From: Alphaproteobacteria bacterium
Lineage (GTDB): Bacteria; Pseudomonadota; Alphaproteobacteria; UBA828
Direction of reading: 5' to 3'
DNA: 64,000 bases
Assembly: GCA_965214705.1 (NCBI GenBank)
Contig: OZ243972.1
Coordinates: forward strand, 3,104,001 to 3,168,000
The notes under the pieces were generated by a model. The model was not told the origin of the DNA. It saw only the letters and a program-made list of their open reading frames with translations, and did not search any database. Shown one piece after another: positions 1 through 10,329 of the stretch (position 1 is the first letter of the stretch; every line of letters begins with the position of its first letter). The position numbers were made by a program, and so were the translations under genes.

Positions 1-1220
1 CCCGACTTTCAGGAGAAGTTTTTTTGGGCGAGCGTGGCCTTGGTCTCGTGCCCGACCGCGCTCATGACATGAGCCTGGGTCCCGTCCTCGTCGATGGCCC
101 CCCTCAGGGTCTTGCCGTCGATGGCAAGCGCCGCGTCGCCTGAGCCGTGGGCCTCCTGCCACTTGCGCAACGCCTCGTCCAACTGGTCCGGGTCCACCCG
201 GATCACCACATTGCGGATGGTCGACATCGAAGGCGGCCGGCGCACCCCGTCGCGCAGCCGCACGCCGAAGCGGGCCAGCGCCTTCTCGCCGAGATCGTCG
301 ACCCACTCGGAGATGGCCTTCCAGCCTCGCATGCCGCAGAGCGTCGCGCCACTCGCAAGCGCGAGCACGCTGGGCAGCGAATGCCGCCGTCCCTTGCGCG
401 TGCGGGGGTCGTCGATGTCCTTGAAGTAGGCGTAGAGCGACTCTTGCTGAGCGGCGCTGATCATGGTTCTCGGAACTCCTTTCTTCCACAACTCCCGATC
501 CAGCCCGGCAGCGGACAGCCGGCGGCAGGCGTCGGGAACCAGGGGGCGCAGCAGCACAAGCTTCGGCGTCGAGCCGGCGACATAGCCCGAGCGGTGGCGC
601 CGGAAGCCGCGGGTCTGGCCGACCGCCAGCCATCCAGCCGCCCGGTAGACCGTGCCCCGGAACCTCGCCGCGTCCACGAATGTTTCCAGCATCAGCACGG
701 GGTGGCCGAAGCGGGCCGGCCAGTCGCGCGCCAAGCGCCGCGCGCAAAGCCCCAGCACCCGCGAGCCGAGGTTCGGAACACCCCGTCCCGGCAGGATCAG
801 GAAGCGCGCGTTGTTCGCGATCAGATGCAGCCGCCCGTGCTGCGTGCGGAAGTCCCAGCCGATCCACTCGTCCCGCGCCCGGCACTTGCGCGCCGCAGCC
901 GAAAACACGGCCAGCGCCAGCCACTCGCCGCGCCGATGGGCGACGTACCACGCCGTCGCCCCCACCTTCGCAGACGCACCCAGGTAGTGATGCCCCTCCA
1001 TCAGCGCGCGGAACCGGGCCTCGTCCTCCGGCCGGACAGCAGCGACATCGACCTCGGAAAGATCCACCGTAGAAACCGTCCCCCTGCTCGAAGCCGATCC
1101 GCAGCAGAACACCGCGAATCCAGTCGCCTCAATCCATAGCAGGGTTGGCGCGCGCTGACCAGACCCAAGGTCAACTCGTAGCGCAGAACTCAAAAATCAG
1201 GCTTGGACAAATTCGCCCTG
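1..1220 (-). mobile_element. ISAs1-family element with N-terminal DUF4338 domain, copy A (runs off the window start)
   Basis: Reverse complement of the element at 41585-43787. Terminal IR gcttggacaaattcgccctg at 1201-1220. ORF 9..1193 is identical to ORF 41612..42796. Confidence 0.9.
9..1193 (-). CDS. DUF4338-ISAs1 transposase fusion, part before the frameshift
   Basis: HHYLG...NNARFLIL...LETFVD...GTVYRAAGW is DUF4338-like. DPR...RHSL...IDGKTLRG is the ISAs1 DDE N-terminus. Confidence 0.85.
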   Translation of the reverse strand: MSSALRVDLGSGQRAPTLLWIEATGFAVFCCGSASSRGTVSTVDLSEVDVAAVRPEDEARFRALMEGHHYLGASAKVGATAWYVAHRRGEWLALAVFSAAARKCRARDEWIGWDFRTQHGRLHLIANNARFLILPGRGVPNLGSRVLGLCARRLARDWPARFGHPVLMLETFVDAARFRGTVYRAAGWLAVGQTRGFRRHRSGYVAGSTPKLVLLRPLVPDACRRLSAAGLDRELWKKGVPRTMISAAQQESLYAYFKDIDDPRTRKGRRHSLPSVLALASGATLCGMRGWKAISEWVDDLGEKALARFGVRLRDGVRRPPSMSTIRNVVIRVDPDQLDEALRKWQEAHGSGDAALAIDGKTLRGAIDEDGTQAHVMSAVGHETKATLAQKNFS

Positions 1221-1282
1221 AGCTGCACCTTGACTAACGAGGCGCCGTGGCTAGGAATTACCCACCGCGCCGCTCCTTTTCG

Positions 1283-2961
1283 GGGTGTAGGTCTGGCATG
1301 GCGATCGTAAGTCATTGATTTAGCGCGATTGGCGGGTGGCCGTAGGCAGCCAGAATCGGGTTTTCGTGACAATCGGCCGGTGCAGGGCCGGATTTTGTCA
1401 CAACGGCGGCATCCAGCAGTGGTGGGTGGGAACGCTCCGCACCGCGAGATGCGGTAGGATGCCGCGCCGACAACCCAACATCAGACCCAACATCAGGAGC
1501 GTTCCCATGCCAGTGTCGCAGTCTCTCATCGCCTCGTCCATCGACCTTTTGGGCCTGCCTGCCGAAGTCGCCGAAGCGGTCGCCCAGGTGGTGGAGTTCT
1601 GTCGCGAACAGGCTGGGTCTGACCCGTCTGCCGAGACGTTCGAAACGGTTGAGACGGGGCTGCGGGACGCCATGAACGGCTTGGGTTGCAAGCTCCTTGG
1701 GGCCTTCGCCGAGAGCCGCGACGACGGTGCGAGCCGGATCGAGCGCGACGGACAGAGCTGGGTCCGGGTGGCGGCGACGCCGAAGACGATCATGACGACG
1801 CTCGGTCCCGTGACCTATCGGCGTGCGCGCTATCGCAGCGGCGCGAGCAGCACGTCGCTGGTGCCGGTGGACGAGAGCCTGGGCCTCATCGACGACTACC
1901 TGACGCGGCCGGCGGCGCAGCTCGGGCTGATGATGATGGGCCACTGTACGCCGCGTGAAGCGGAGGAGTTCTTCGCGAAAATGGGCGGAATGACGCCGTC
2001 GGTGAGCACGCTGCAGCGCCTGGCCCTGAGCATGCATGAGCACTGGGAGAGCGTCGCCCCGGAGACGCTGGCCAGCATCCGTGAAACCCAGGGCATACCG
2101 CCCGATGCGGTCACCGCGTCCGTCTCCCTTGACGGCGTCATGGTGGCGCTGCGGGCCGGCGAGGACGGCCGTGCCGAGGCGTGCTGGCGCGAGGCCTCTT
2201 GCGGCACGGTCTCCTTCCACGACGCCGAGGGCCAACGGCTGAAGACCCTCTATCTCGGCCGTATGCCCGAGAGCGGCAAGGCCGCGCTGAAAGCGCAACT
2301 TGCAAGCGAGGTCGCCCATATCCGCCGTGTGAGCCCGAAGATCAGGATCGGCGCCGTCGCCGACGGGGCCGCCGACAACTGGACCTTCCTCGAAAGCCTC
2401 TCGCCCGAGACCGAGGTCATCGACTTCTGGCACGCTTGCGAGCATCTCCGCGTGGCCTCTGACCATGCGGTGGCGCGCCACTGGTTCGAGAAGCACCGCG
2501 AAATCCTGCGCCACGACCCCCGCGGCGTCGACAAGGTGATCCGGGCACTGCGCTACCTCCTGGACAGGGCAAAGGGGGACCCGGCCGAGATCGAGCGCGA
2601 GCTGGCCTTCTTCCGAAAGCACCGCCATCGGATGCGCTACCACGCCCTGAAGGAAGAGGGCATCGCCATCGGCTCGGGTGTGGTCGAGGCGGCCTGCAAG
2701 ACCCTCGTCGCGCAGCGCTTGAAACGCTCGGGCATGCGCTGGCGGATCGACGGCGGGCAGGCGGTTCTGACCTTCCGCGCCCTGATCAAATCCGGCCTCT
2801 TCGACCGGGCATGGGATGCGCTCATGGACGCCCGATCCGGACCAGCTAACGACAACATCAGCCCAACCGAAGTCCTGGCACTCGCTACTTGACCAAAATG
2901 AACCAGCCCATATCCTTTAGCGCCATCACGACTGGCATATCGCCATACGAGAATCACACCC
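1283..2961 (+). mobile_element. ISKra4/ISLre2-type (Mutator-like DDE) IS, copy A, 1679 bp
   Basis: Ends are GGGTGT...ACACCC. 8-bp TSD CCTTTTCG at 1275-1282 and 2962-2969. Near-identical copy at 31170-32848. Confidence 0.92.
1336..2892 (+). CDS. ISKra4/ISLre2-family transposase (true start probably downstream, near 1459-1508)
   Basis: Motifs LDGVMV, ADGAADNW, IDFWHACEHL and IGSGVVEAACKTLV.QRLKRSGMRW. Confidence 0.88.
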   Translation: MAVGSQNRVFVTIGRCRAGFCHNGGIQQWWVGTLRTARCGRMPRRQPNIRPNIRSVPMPVSQSLIASSIDLLGLPAEVAEAVAQVVEFCREQAGSDPSAETFETVETGLRDAMNGLGCKLLGAFAESRDDGASRIERDGQSWVRVAATPKTIMTTLGPVTYRRARYRSGASSTSLVPVDESLGLIDDYLTRPAAQLGLMMMGHCTPREAEEFFAKMGGMTPSVSTLQRLALSMHEHWESVAPETLASIRETQGIPPDAVTASVSLDGVMVALRAGEDGRAEACWREASCGTVSFHDAEGQRLKTLYLGRMPESGKAALKAQLASEVAHIRRVSPKIRIGAVADGAADNWTFLESLSPETEVIDFWHACEHLRVASDHAVARHWFEKHREILRHDPRGVDKVIRALRYLLDRAKGDPAEIERELAFFRKHRHRMRYHALKEEGIAIGSGVVEAACKTLVAQRLKRSGMRWRIDGGQAVLTFRALIKSGLFDRAWDALMDARSGPANDNISPTEVLALAT

Positions 2962-2974
2962 CCTTTTCGTGTGC

Positions 2975-3673
2975 CTAGACGACAGTTTCGAGGACGTGCT
3001 CCGATGAGGATACGGCGCCCAACTGCCCGCCATTGGACTTGGTGATGCGAACGACTGCTTCGTGATTCGCGACCTCCGAAGCGGCGCAGCAATCTTCAAG
3101 CAGCAGGCATTCGTAGCCGCGATCGTTGGCACCACGCAGCGTCGTGTAGACGCAACAATCGGTCGTTACCCCTGCGAAGATCAGATTGCGAATTCCACGT
3201 TGCCGAAGAATCTGATCCAGATCAGTTGCGTAGAAGCTGCCCTTGCCAGGCTTGTCAATGATGGGCTCTCCCGGCTGGGGGGCGAGTTCTGGCACGATTT
3301 CCCAACCCGGCTCACCGCGCACCAGGATGCGGCCGAGGGGACCTTGCGATCCGATTTCGGCGCCGTTACGGGCGGAGCGCCAGCGCTTGTTCTTGTTAAG
3401 GTCCGACAAGTCCGCCCGGTGTCCCTCGCGGGTATGCAGGATATGAAAATCGTGCGCGCGCATTCGTTCGAGCACCATTTGCAAGGGCTCGATCGGCCTG
3501 CGAGTGAGTGACATGTCGATCCCCATCTGGTCGCAGTAGCCACCGTAGCCGCAAAAGTCCATCTGCATGTCGATGACGATCAGACCCGTGTTTGTCGGCT
3601 CGAGAGTGCCGTCGGAGGGCCAGTCGTAGGGATCGGCCGAGATGCGGGCATATGCCGTCCGACTTTGCATCAT
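2975..3673 (-). CDS. Cysteine hydrolase (isochorismatase family), biuret hydrolase BiuH-like
   Basis: IDMQMDFCG.GGY, HTREGHR.DL.DL..NKRWRS, IDKPGKGSF, TTDCC, ANDRGYECLLLEDCC. Asp-Lys-Cys triad present. Its start overlaps the upstream gene's stop (ATGA). Confidence 0.88.
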   Translation of the reverse strand: MMQSRTAYARISADPYDWPSDGTLEPTNTGLIVIDMQMDFCGYGGYCDQMGIDMSLTRRPIEPLQMVLERMRAHDFHILHTREGHRADLSDLNKNKRWRSARNGAEIGSQGPLGRILVRGEPGWEIVPELAPQPGEPIIDKPGKGSFYATDLDQILRQRGIRNLIFAGVTTDCCVYTTLRGANDRGYECLLLEDCCAASEVANHEAVVRITKSNGGQLGAVSSSEHVLETVV

Positions 3674-4347
3674 TCGATCGCCTTTAAGAGTGCTGCCGAG
3701 TGCGCGATGGAGCCGTAAAGCCCGTTGAGAATGCTTAGCATTTCCAGGGTCGCCTTGCCGTCTTGCGGTACGGCGGCGCCGCAACAGTCTTCCAGCAGCA
3801 AGCACTCGTATCCGCGGTCGTTGGCGTCGCGCAACGTGGCTTGCACACTGCCCTCGGCCGTGACGCCGCCTACGATTAGGTTTCTTATTCCCTGCCCACG
3901 CAGCACCTGTTCGAGCTCGCTGGCGTAGAAGCCACTCATCCCCGGCTTGTCGATTACCGGCTCGCCGGACTGCGGCGCAAGCTCCGGCACGATGTCGGTA
4001 CCGGGTTGGCCTCGAACCAGGACACGCCCGTTGGCGCCGTTCGCTCCGATGGCCACGCCTCGATGCGTCGTGCGCCACAGTTTTGTGCGGTTGAGATCGG
4101 AGAGGTCTGGCCGATAACTCTCCCGCAAGTAGATCGTGCGAAAGCCTGAACTCCGCGAGGCATTCAACACGCGGCGGAGCGGATCTAGCGGCCGCCTGAG
4201 TGCCGTCAAATCGACGCCAAGTTGGTCGAGCCAGCCGCCCGGCGCGCAGAAATCGACCTGCATGTCTACGATCAGCAGGGCGGTGTTGTCCTTCTCCAGG
4301 CGGCCATCGAAGGGCCAGGGATAGGAGCCTTCAACGGAAATCGGCAT
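3670..4347 (-). CDS. BiuH-like cysteine-hydrolase paralogue with Ser at the nucleophile position
   Basis: VDMQVDFC, IDKPGMSGF, VTAEGSV (versus TTDxC), ANDRGYECLLLEDCC. RBS AAAGGAG precedes the ATG at 4347. Confidence 0.85.
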   Translation of the reverse strand: MPISVEGSYPWPFDGRLEKDNTALLIVDMQVDFCAPGGWLDQLGVDLTALRRPLDPLRRVLNASRSSGFRTIYLRESYRPDLSDLNRTKLWRTTHRGVAIGANGANGRVLVRGQPGTDIVPELAPQSGEPVIDKPGMSGFYASELEQVLRGQGIRNLIVGGVTAEGSVQATLRDANDRGYECLLLEDCCGAAVPQDGKATLEMLSILNGLYGSIAHSAALLKAIE

Positions 4348-5095
4348 CTCGCTCCTTTCCATTTTCGCTGGCCCCGCAGGACGCGCGAGAGCGGTTGCGC
4401 GGATCAAGGCCGCGTCTTCAGACTTCCGACTCCCGGTTTACGAACGCTCATTCAGGTTCCCAAACAACGCATTTGGGATCGCGTGGCACCCCACCACTTG
4501 ACGATAGTGCCCAGCTTAGTGTCGAGGTGCAATCGCTTTGAGCCTCACGAAAGTGGATTGGCCCGGCGCTCCCCGAACGCGTTCGCAATGGCGTGAGCTG
4601 CAGCAACGCGGACGCCGGCATCGCCGTCCACGCCGAGCGCTAACGTCGAAAGGCTCTAAACCCATTGGTTTGATACGAACTATAATGATCTCAGTCGCGC
4701 TGCGTCCGTTCATCATCGGACCAGCCATGCGGGGCGACATTCTCTTGCAGGAATCGCTGACTGCCACTTAATGCGCTGACGTCAGATATCGAAGCAGACG
4801 ATGACCACTCGCTTGACGCGTGAACTGTAGTTCTCTTGTCAGCACGTTCGGCAAATTGTCTTCGTCCACAGCGCCGCTCGAACCAGCCCCATGCCGTACC
4901 AAACCCTCATCACTGGATGAGGATCAGGGATAAGCAGGAAAGATTTAGCCCCGTCCGCCGGTGAGCGTCGATGACGGAAAATACTTGGACATACTTCGGG
5001 CTGGGAGAGCGGGAAGGTGCCCGCTGGTTGCTGCTATCGCGCGTCCGCGTCCAACTTCTTGTCCTCCACCGGCGACGGATGGTTCAACGCGCCCA

Positions 5096-6051
5096 TCACG
5101 TCGCTCGGCGCTCCTGTGTCTGCCGCTCCATGAACGCCGCCACTTGGTTGCGGTTGGGCTGGGGGGCGATGGCGCCGACACCGGTCGTGGTCAAGGCGCC
5201 GACTGCGTTTGCAAACCGTCCCGCTTCGTCGGGCGCTGCGCCCCGCAGCCACGACAGAATGAACCCGGCGCTGAAGGCATCGCCCGCGCCGGTCGCATCG
5301 ATCGCCTCGACTGTCCAGCCGGGCACGTACAATCGGGTGCCGGCGTCACCACCAATGAGGCAACCGCGTGCGCCCAGCTTAGCGATGGCGAGCGTGGGCT
5401 GCTCGCCCAGAATCCGGTCGAGGGCGACCTCGACCGGGGAGTCGTCGTAGAGGTATGCGATATCCTCCTCGCTCACGAAAACGATGTCAGCGAGCGAAAG
5501 CGCCTGCGCGAAATTGCCTCGCAGGCTCTCTGCGGTCCCGAGCGCCGGGCGCACGTTGGCGTCATAACTCACCGTCGTGCCAGCAGCACGCGCGATAGTC
5601 ATCGCCGTCTCGACTGCGTCTGCGGAGGGGCGCGAAATCGCCTGCGAGATGCCGCTCGCGTGCAGGACGCGGGCGCCTCCGATATAGAGGGGATCGATAT
5701 CGCCACCGGCAAGATGACTCGCCGCCGAATCGCGGCGAAGGTACGTGAACCGGTGCTGTCGTTCGTCTGTGTAGGACACAAATAAACGCCGGTGTGGTGC
5801 GCCGCGTCGATTCCTACCTGGCTGGCATCGATGCCGTTGCGCTCAAGAAGGGCGACGAAGGCGCGACCGAATTCGTCGTCGCCGACCCGCGTGACATAGC
5901 CGCAGGCCCCGCCTAGGCGGGCGGCGGCCAGCAGACAATTTGCCGTGTCTCCGCCCCAGCCGCGCCGGAAACGTTCCACATCGCCCAACCGGCCGGTGGA
6001 CTCTGCGGCCAGCTCGACGAGCGGCTCTCCGATTGCGATCAAGTCAATCAT
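5096..6051 (-). pseudogene. PfkB-family sugar kinase (KdgK-like), frameshifted near 5780
   Basis: The N-half (IGEPLVE, GGDTAN, VGDDEFG) and C-half (YDANVR, DATGAGDAF) are in different frames. Adding one T at ...TAT TT(T) GTG TCC restores the frame. Confidence 0.8.
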
Positions 6052-6250
6052 CGGCAGGCTCCGGTTTCAGCCCGACGAGCTCTCGTCCAGCCAGACCGAC
6101 TGGTCCGGACGCGGACGGCGTCTTCGACATTATCGGCGATGGGGTCGGTGCCAAAGGGACAGGGGCCGAATGGCGGCTTCGTTGCGCGGGCCGTATCCGG
6201 CGGAGAGAACCTCACCGTTCGTCCTTTGCTGACGTGGCTTCAGTGCTCCA

Positions 6251-7423
6251 TCAAGCCTCGGTTCGATACCTGCTGACTACCTCGTCGTTTACCGTGATAC
6301 CGAGGCCGTGGCCACTGGGCACGGCGAGGCAGCCGTCCTCCAGCGCGATGGTCTCCACAAGTAGCTCGTCGCGCAGGGAATTGGGCTGCCGGTCGTACTC
6401 GACCACCGGCTCGTTCTCGATCGGCACCGGGTTGTCGGTGTGCGGCGTCGGCGGCACCACAGCGAGCGCATGCAGCGCGGTCGCGAGCGCGACACCTGAG
6501 CCCCAGACGTGGGGAATGGTCAGCACGCTGTGCGCCGAGGCCAGAGCCTGGATCTTCAACCACTCCGAGTACCCGCCGCAGACGCAGAGGTCGGGTTGGG
6601 CAATGTCGACGCATTCGCCTTCGAAAAGATCGCGGAAGCCGTAGCGCGTGAACTCGCACTCGCCACCGGCTACGGGGATGGAGAGCGCGTCCCGCACCCG
6701 GCGGTAGCCGGCACGGTCTTCCGGCACCACCGGCTCTTCGAACCAGCCCACCTGCCAACGCTCCAACTCGCGACCCATGCGGATGGCGCCCGCCGCGTTG
6801 TACGCGTGATTGGCATCCACGAGCAGTGCGACATCCGGCCCGATCGCCTCGCGCACAGCAGCAACTCGCTTGCCGTCTTGCGCGATCGACAGCAGGCCGA
6901 TCTTCATCTTGAGTGTGGAGAAGCCTGAGCGGATGTGCTCCTCGGCCTCGGCCGCGAGGGCATCGAGCATCGCGGCGCCGGTGCCGATGTCTTCGGGATA
7001 GTAGCAGCCAGTTGCGTAGGCATGGACCCTGTCGCGAAAGGCGCCGCCGAGGAGGGCGTGGATCGGTTGGCCGAGCGCCTTTCCCCAAATGTCCCAATGG
7101 GCGATGTCGAGCGCGCTCAATGCCTCGATATAGGTGCCTTTCTGGCCAAAATCGCGGCTGTGGGTGTAGAGTTGCTCCCATAGCCTCACCGGCTCGCAGA
7201 ACGGGCGCTCGACGATCAGCGGAGCGAGCACCCTATCGATGCACGCCGCCACCGGCCCCGGAGGGCCGTATTGGCCGCCCTCGCCCCAGCCGACGATGCC
7301 GTCGCTGGTCGTGACCTGAACGAGTAGCGAGTTGCGCTCGGGAAACTTGGCCTGTGACGAGCGGAAGGTCTTGGATCCCAGCGGGACGCGCAGGATGAAT
7401 GTCTCAACCTTGCTGATCCGCAC
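6251..7423 (-). CDS. Mandelate racemase/muconate-lactonizing (enolase superfamily) enzyme, probably a sugar-acid dehydratase
   Basis: GIVGWGE, LDIAHWDIWGK, KMKIG, DANH, WFEEP, GGECE, QPD, PHVW. GTG start inferred at 7423. Confidence 0.9.
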   Translation of the reverse strand: MRISKVETFILRVPLGSKTFRSSQAKFPERNSLLVQVTTSDGIVGWGEGGQYGPPGPVAACIDRVLAPLIVERPFCEPVRLWEQLYTHSRDFGQKGTYIEALSALDIAHWDIWGKALGQPIHALLGGAFRDRVHAYATGCYYPEDIGTGAAMLDALAAEAEEHIRSGFSTLKMKIGLLSIAQDGKRVAAVREAIGPDVALLVDANHAYNAAGAIRMGRELERWQVGWFEEPVVPEDRAGYRRVRDALSIPVAGGECEFTRYGFRDLFEGECVDIAQPDLCVCGGYSEWLKIQALASAHSVLTIPHVWGSGVALATALHALAVVPPTPHTDNPVPIENEPVVEYDRQPNSLRDELLVETIALEDGCLAVPSGHGLGITVNDEVVSRYRTEA

Positions 7424-8105
7424 CAGCGATCCTTTCGTCGGTGTGTGCGGCCGCTCTCCCGTCGAGGACCATCGCGATCCGGTTGTAAGAGTTTTCCAGA
7501 TGTGTCCGCATGGCCGCAGCGGCCCTTTCGCCATCGCGCGCGCATAGTGCCTCGGCGATCTCGATATGCTCCGGCAGTGCCTCTGCGTAGGGGCGTTCTA
7601 GATGGCTGATCAGCGTGCTTCGGCTCCAGTTGATCAGTGCCCGGAGATTCTCGATGAGCTCGATGAGCCGGCGATTGCCGCAGTACTCGACGGCGAGATC
7701 GTGGATTAGCGCATCGATGTCGCGCAGGATATGCTCGCGATCCTGCTCGTCGGGCGCTTCCTTGGCCGACCTGTAGAGGCTGAGCGCCCTTTCCGCCTCG
7801 GCTTCCGGCATCCGCGCGGTCGCCGATCGTATCGCCAGGCTTTCGAGGGCTGTCCGCAGCTCGAAGATCTCGCGCAGCTCCTGTCGGTCGATCTCGGAGA
7901 CGAACACGCCGCGCCGGGGCGAGACCTCGACGAGGCCGGCCGCCTCCAGCCGCTTCACCGCATCGCGCATCGGCGTCGAGCTGACATTCCAGCTCGACGC
8001 GTATCTGCCTATGTCGATCCGCTGCCTCGGGGCGAGGCGCCCGGACAGGATTTCGTCCTTCAGCGCTTCGGCAACCTGTTCTCCGAGCGAGCTCTTCTCA
8101 AACAA
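7404..8105 (-). CDS. GntR/FCD-family transcriptional regulator
   Basis: VSSTPMRDAVKRLEAAGLVE.SPRRG wHTH, followed by an FCD-type tail (EHIEIAEAL...MRTHL). Confidence 0.9.
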   Translation of the reverse strand: MFEKSSLGEQVAEALKDEILSGRLAPRQRIDIGRYASSWNVSSTPMRDAVKRLEAAGLVEVSPRRGVFVSEIDRQELREIFELRTALESLAIRSATARMPEAEAERALSLYRSAKEAPDEQDREHILRDIDALIHDLAVEYCGNRRLIELIENLRALINWSRSTLISHLERPYAEALPEHIEIAEALCARDGERAAAAMRTHLENSYNRIAMVLDGRAAAHTDERIAGADQQG

Positions 8106-8240
8106 GCGCCGTCACCTCCTGGCAGTGAGCCGCTGACCCGCCGCCCCGATGCTGTTGCGGACGCAGCACCCGACCGGTCCCGTCGGATACCGCACCAGGG
8201 TGTGCGTCGAATTGAGTGTACACACCCGATGACATGATGC

Positions 8241-8275
8241 TTGACAGCGTACCATATCTGATGTCTGATGCAAAA
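8241..8275 (+). promoter_or_regulatory. Putative sigma70 promoter with overlapping TCTGATG direct repeat (possible GntR operator)
   Basis: TTGACA at 8241-8246 and TCTGATG twice in tandem in the AT-rich divergent spacer. The -10 box is weak. Confidence 0.4.
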
Positions 8276-8341
8276 TATTTCTATATGATCGTGAATGCGG
8301 ACGCCTCGGAAGGATCGCGTCCCTGCACCAATGAGGGAGGA

Positions 8342-9049
8342 ATGGGCGTGTCTTCACTCGACTACACCTACGAGCATCTCGATGAGGTCGTCTCGCGCGA
8401 CGCCTTCGTGGCGCCGGAATTCGACACGTCGCGAACCGCTCTGTTGGCGATGGACATCCAGAAGCTCTGTGTGGATCCCGCCGGGGCCGCCTATATCCCG
8501 AGCGTCGCCGGTGCGCCGGAAGGCAAGGACGTCATCGAGCCGATCTGCCGGGTCATCGACCACTGCCGTTCGATCGGCATCCCGGTGTTCTATTCCGCGT
8601 GGGGCCTGCGCGGCGACGGTGCCGACAAGGGCATCTGCGCCCTCAAGTGGCCAGGCATGAATCCGGGGACCCCGGACTCGCCGGCGACCTGGGGAGGACG
8701 TGATGCCGAGCTCGACAACGCGATCAAGCCGGCCGACAACGAAATCCTCATGCGAAAGAGCCGCTTCAGCTCGTTCTACAACACCGAGTTCGACGAGTAT
8801 CTGCGGGAGCTGGGCTGCGACACCGTCGTGATCGCCGGCGTGACCAGCGCCAACTGCGCGCATGCGACCTGCATCGACGGCTGGAACAAGACCTACAAGA
8901 TGGTGGTGCTTGCGGATTGCACCACCTCGATTCCCCATTCAGGCCAGGGGCAACCCATGGGAACCGGGCAGCACTGGGAGGCGCTGCGCAATATCCAGAT
9001 GAATTACGGAGACGTTCGGACCAGCAAGGAGTTCATCGACCTGACGTGA
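8342..9049 (+). CDS. Isochorismatase-family cysteine hydrolase
   Basis: LLAMDIQ, KSRFSSF, GVTSANC, VLADCT. RBS GAGGGAGG precedes the ATG at 8342. Confidence 0.85.
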   Translation: MGVSSLDYTYEHLDEVVSRDAFVAPEFDTSRTALLAMDIQKLCVDPAGAAYIPSVAGAPEGKDVIEPICRVIDHCRSIGIPVFYSAWGLRGDGADKGICALKWPGMNPGTPDSPATWGGRDAELDNAIKPADNEILMRKSRFSSFYNTEFDEYLRELGCDTVVIAGVTSANCAHATCIDGWNKTYKMVVLADCTTSIPHSGQGQPMGTGQHWEALRNIQMNYGDVRTSKEFIDLT

Positions 9050-9098
9050 GCGAGTGTCGCCGAGCGTCCGCACAACGAGCAGAAAGGGAGTGACAGGC

Positions 9099-10268
9099 AT
9101 GGCTAGGAGACGAATTCCCAGCAAGTGGTACGACATGGAGAATGCGCCCAACACCGTGACGCGGCGTTCGGTGATGAAGGGCGCGGCAGTAGCGACCGCC
9201 GGCGCGGGCCTCGTCGCCGGCGGGGTTGCCGGCGGTAGCAGCCCGGCGGTGGCCGACAGTCATTTGAGCGGCGGGTTCGCGATTCCCGAATATGACGCGA
9301 TCATCCGCTCGATGGCCGAGGGGAGGACCCTGAAGGTCGGCTTCACGCCGCCCGTTCTCTCCGAGTTCTTCGACGAGATCGAGCATGCGTGCTGGCGCAA
9401 GTGCCACGAATACACCGAGCGCTTCGGTGTCCAGTGGTCATGGCACAGGGCGGCGCCGACCGGCGACTTCGATACCGTCGAGGAACACTTCGACCTGATC
9501 CAGAACTGGGTTACGGCCGGCATGGACGCCATCATTATCTGCACGGCGGGCGACTTCAAAGCCATGCAGAAGGTGTTCTCGGACGCGCGGGCAAAGGGCA
9601 CACGGATCATCCAGCTCAACATGCCGATGGAGCTCTGGCCGATCGACGAGGTGCAGTCGGATACAGCCGTCGGTTACAACAACGCTCTCCAGGCTGGATA
9701 CATCGCCGGCGAGTACATCGCCAAGCAGCTCGGTGGCGAGGGCAAGATGCTTCAGGTCTGGGGGCCGTCCGGCCACTGGGCGGAATCCCGCGACAACGGG
9801 CTGAAGCTCGCGCTCGAGAGTTATCCGGGTCTCGAGATCGTCGGCAAGGCAGACGGCGGCTATGTCCGGGACAAGGGCTTCGCCGCTGCACAGAACCTCC
9901 TGAGTGCCAATCCCAACGTAAACGCCGTCTACGGCGAGAACGAGGAGATGGGCCTGGGCGCCTCTCTCGCGATCTCGTCGCTCGGGCTCAAGCATTGGGA
10001 CGGCACCGACGGAATTCTCACCATCGGCGCCGACGGCCTGCGCTCGGGCTACCAGGAAATCCGCGACGGCCGGCTCACCGCGACAATCGACGTGGGTACG
10101 GTCGATCAGGGTCTGGAGTCGGTGCGGATGGCGTTCGAGCTCGTCGTCTTGCAGCACACCGTCGGCAGGCTGCATAATCAGCCGACCAAGGTGGTTGACA
10201 AGACCAACGTCGAATACGCCGACGCGTACGTGACGTGGGCGTTAGGCGCCGAGGAAATTTCCGGATAG
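9099..10268 (+). CDS. Sugar ABC transporter substrate-binding protein (RbsB-like) with Tat signal
   Basis: Twin-arginine TRRSVMKG. Periplasmic-binding motifs AVYGENEEMGLGA and IGADG. Confidence 0.85.
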   Translation: MARRRIPSKWYDMENAPNTVTRRSVMKGAAVATAGAGLVAGGVAGGSSPAVADSHLSGGFAIPEYDAIIRSMAEGRTLKVGFTPPVLSEFFDEIEHACWRKCHEYTERFGVQWSWHRAAPTGDFDTVEEHFDLIQNWVTAGMDAIIICTAGDFKAMQKVFSDARAKGTRIIQLNMPMELWPIDEVQSDTAVGYNNALQAGYIAGEYIAKQLGGEGKMLQVWGPSGHWAESRDNGLKLALESYPGLEIVGKADGGYVRDKGFAAAQNLLSANPNVNAVYGENEEMGLGASLAISSLGLKHWDGTDGILTIGADGLRSGYQEIRDGRLTATIDVGTVDQGLESVRMAFELVVLQHTVGRLHNQPTKVVDKTNVEYADAYVTWALGAEEISG

Positions 10269-10329
10269 AAGCGGGAACGGGCGCCGGACGTGATTGCCGG
10301 CGCCCGCTTTCCCTTATACGGAGGCTCAG

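Noticed and set aside
2975-4078. 367-aa ORF as a single protein
   Set aside because: The first ~135 aa are an off-frame read-through of the upstream hydrolase. The real start is at 3673.
4350-4950. Possible guanidine/ykkC riboswitch or sigma54 promoter upstream of the BiuH-like pair
   Set aside because: No recognisable consensus by eye. An Rfam/Infernal scan would be needed.
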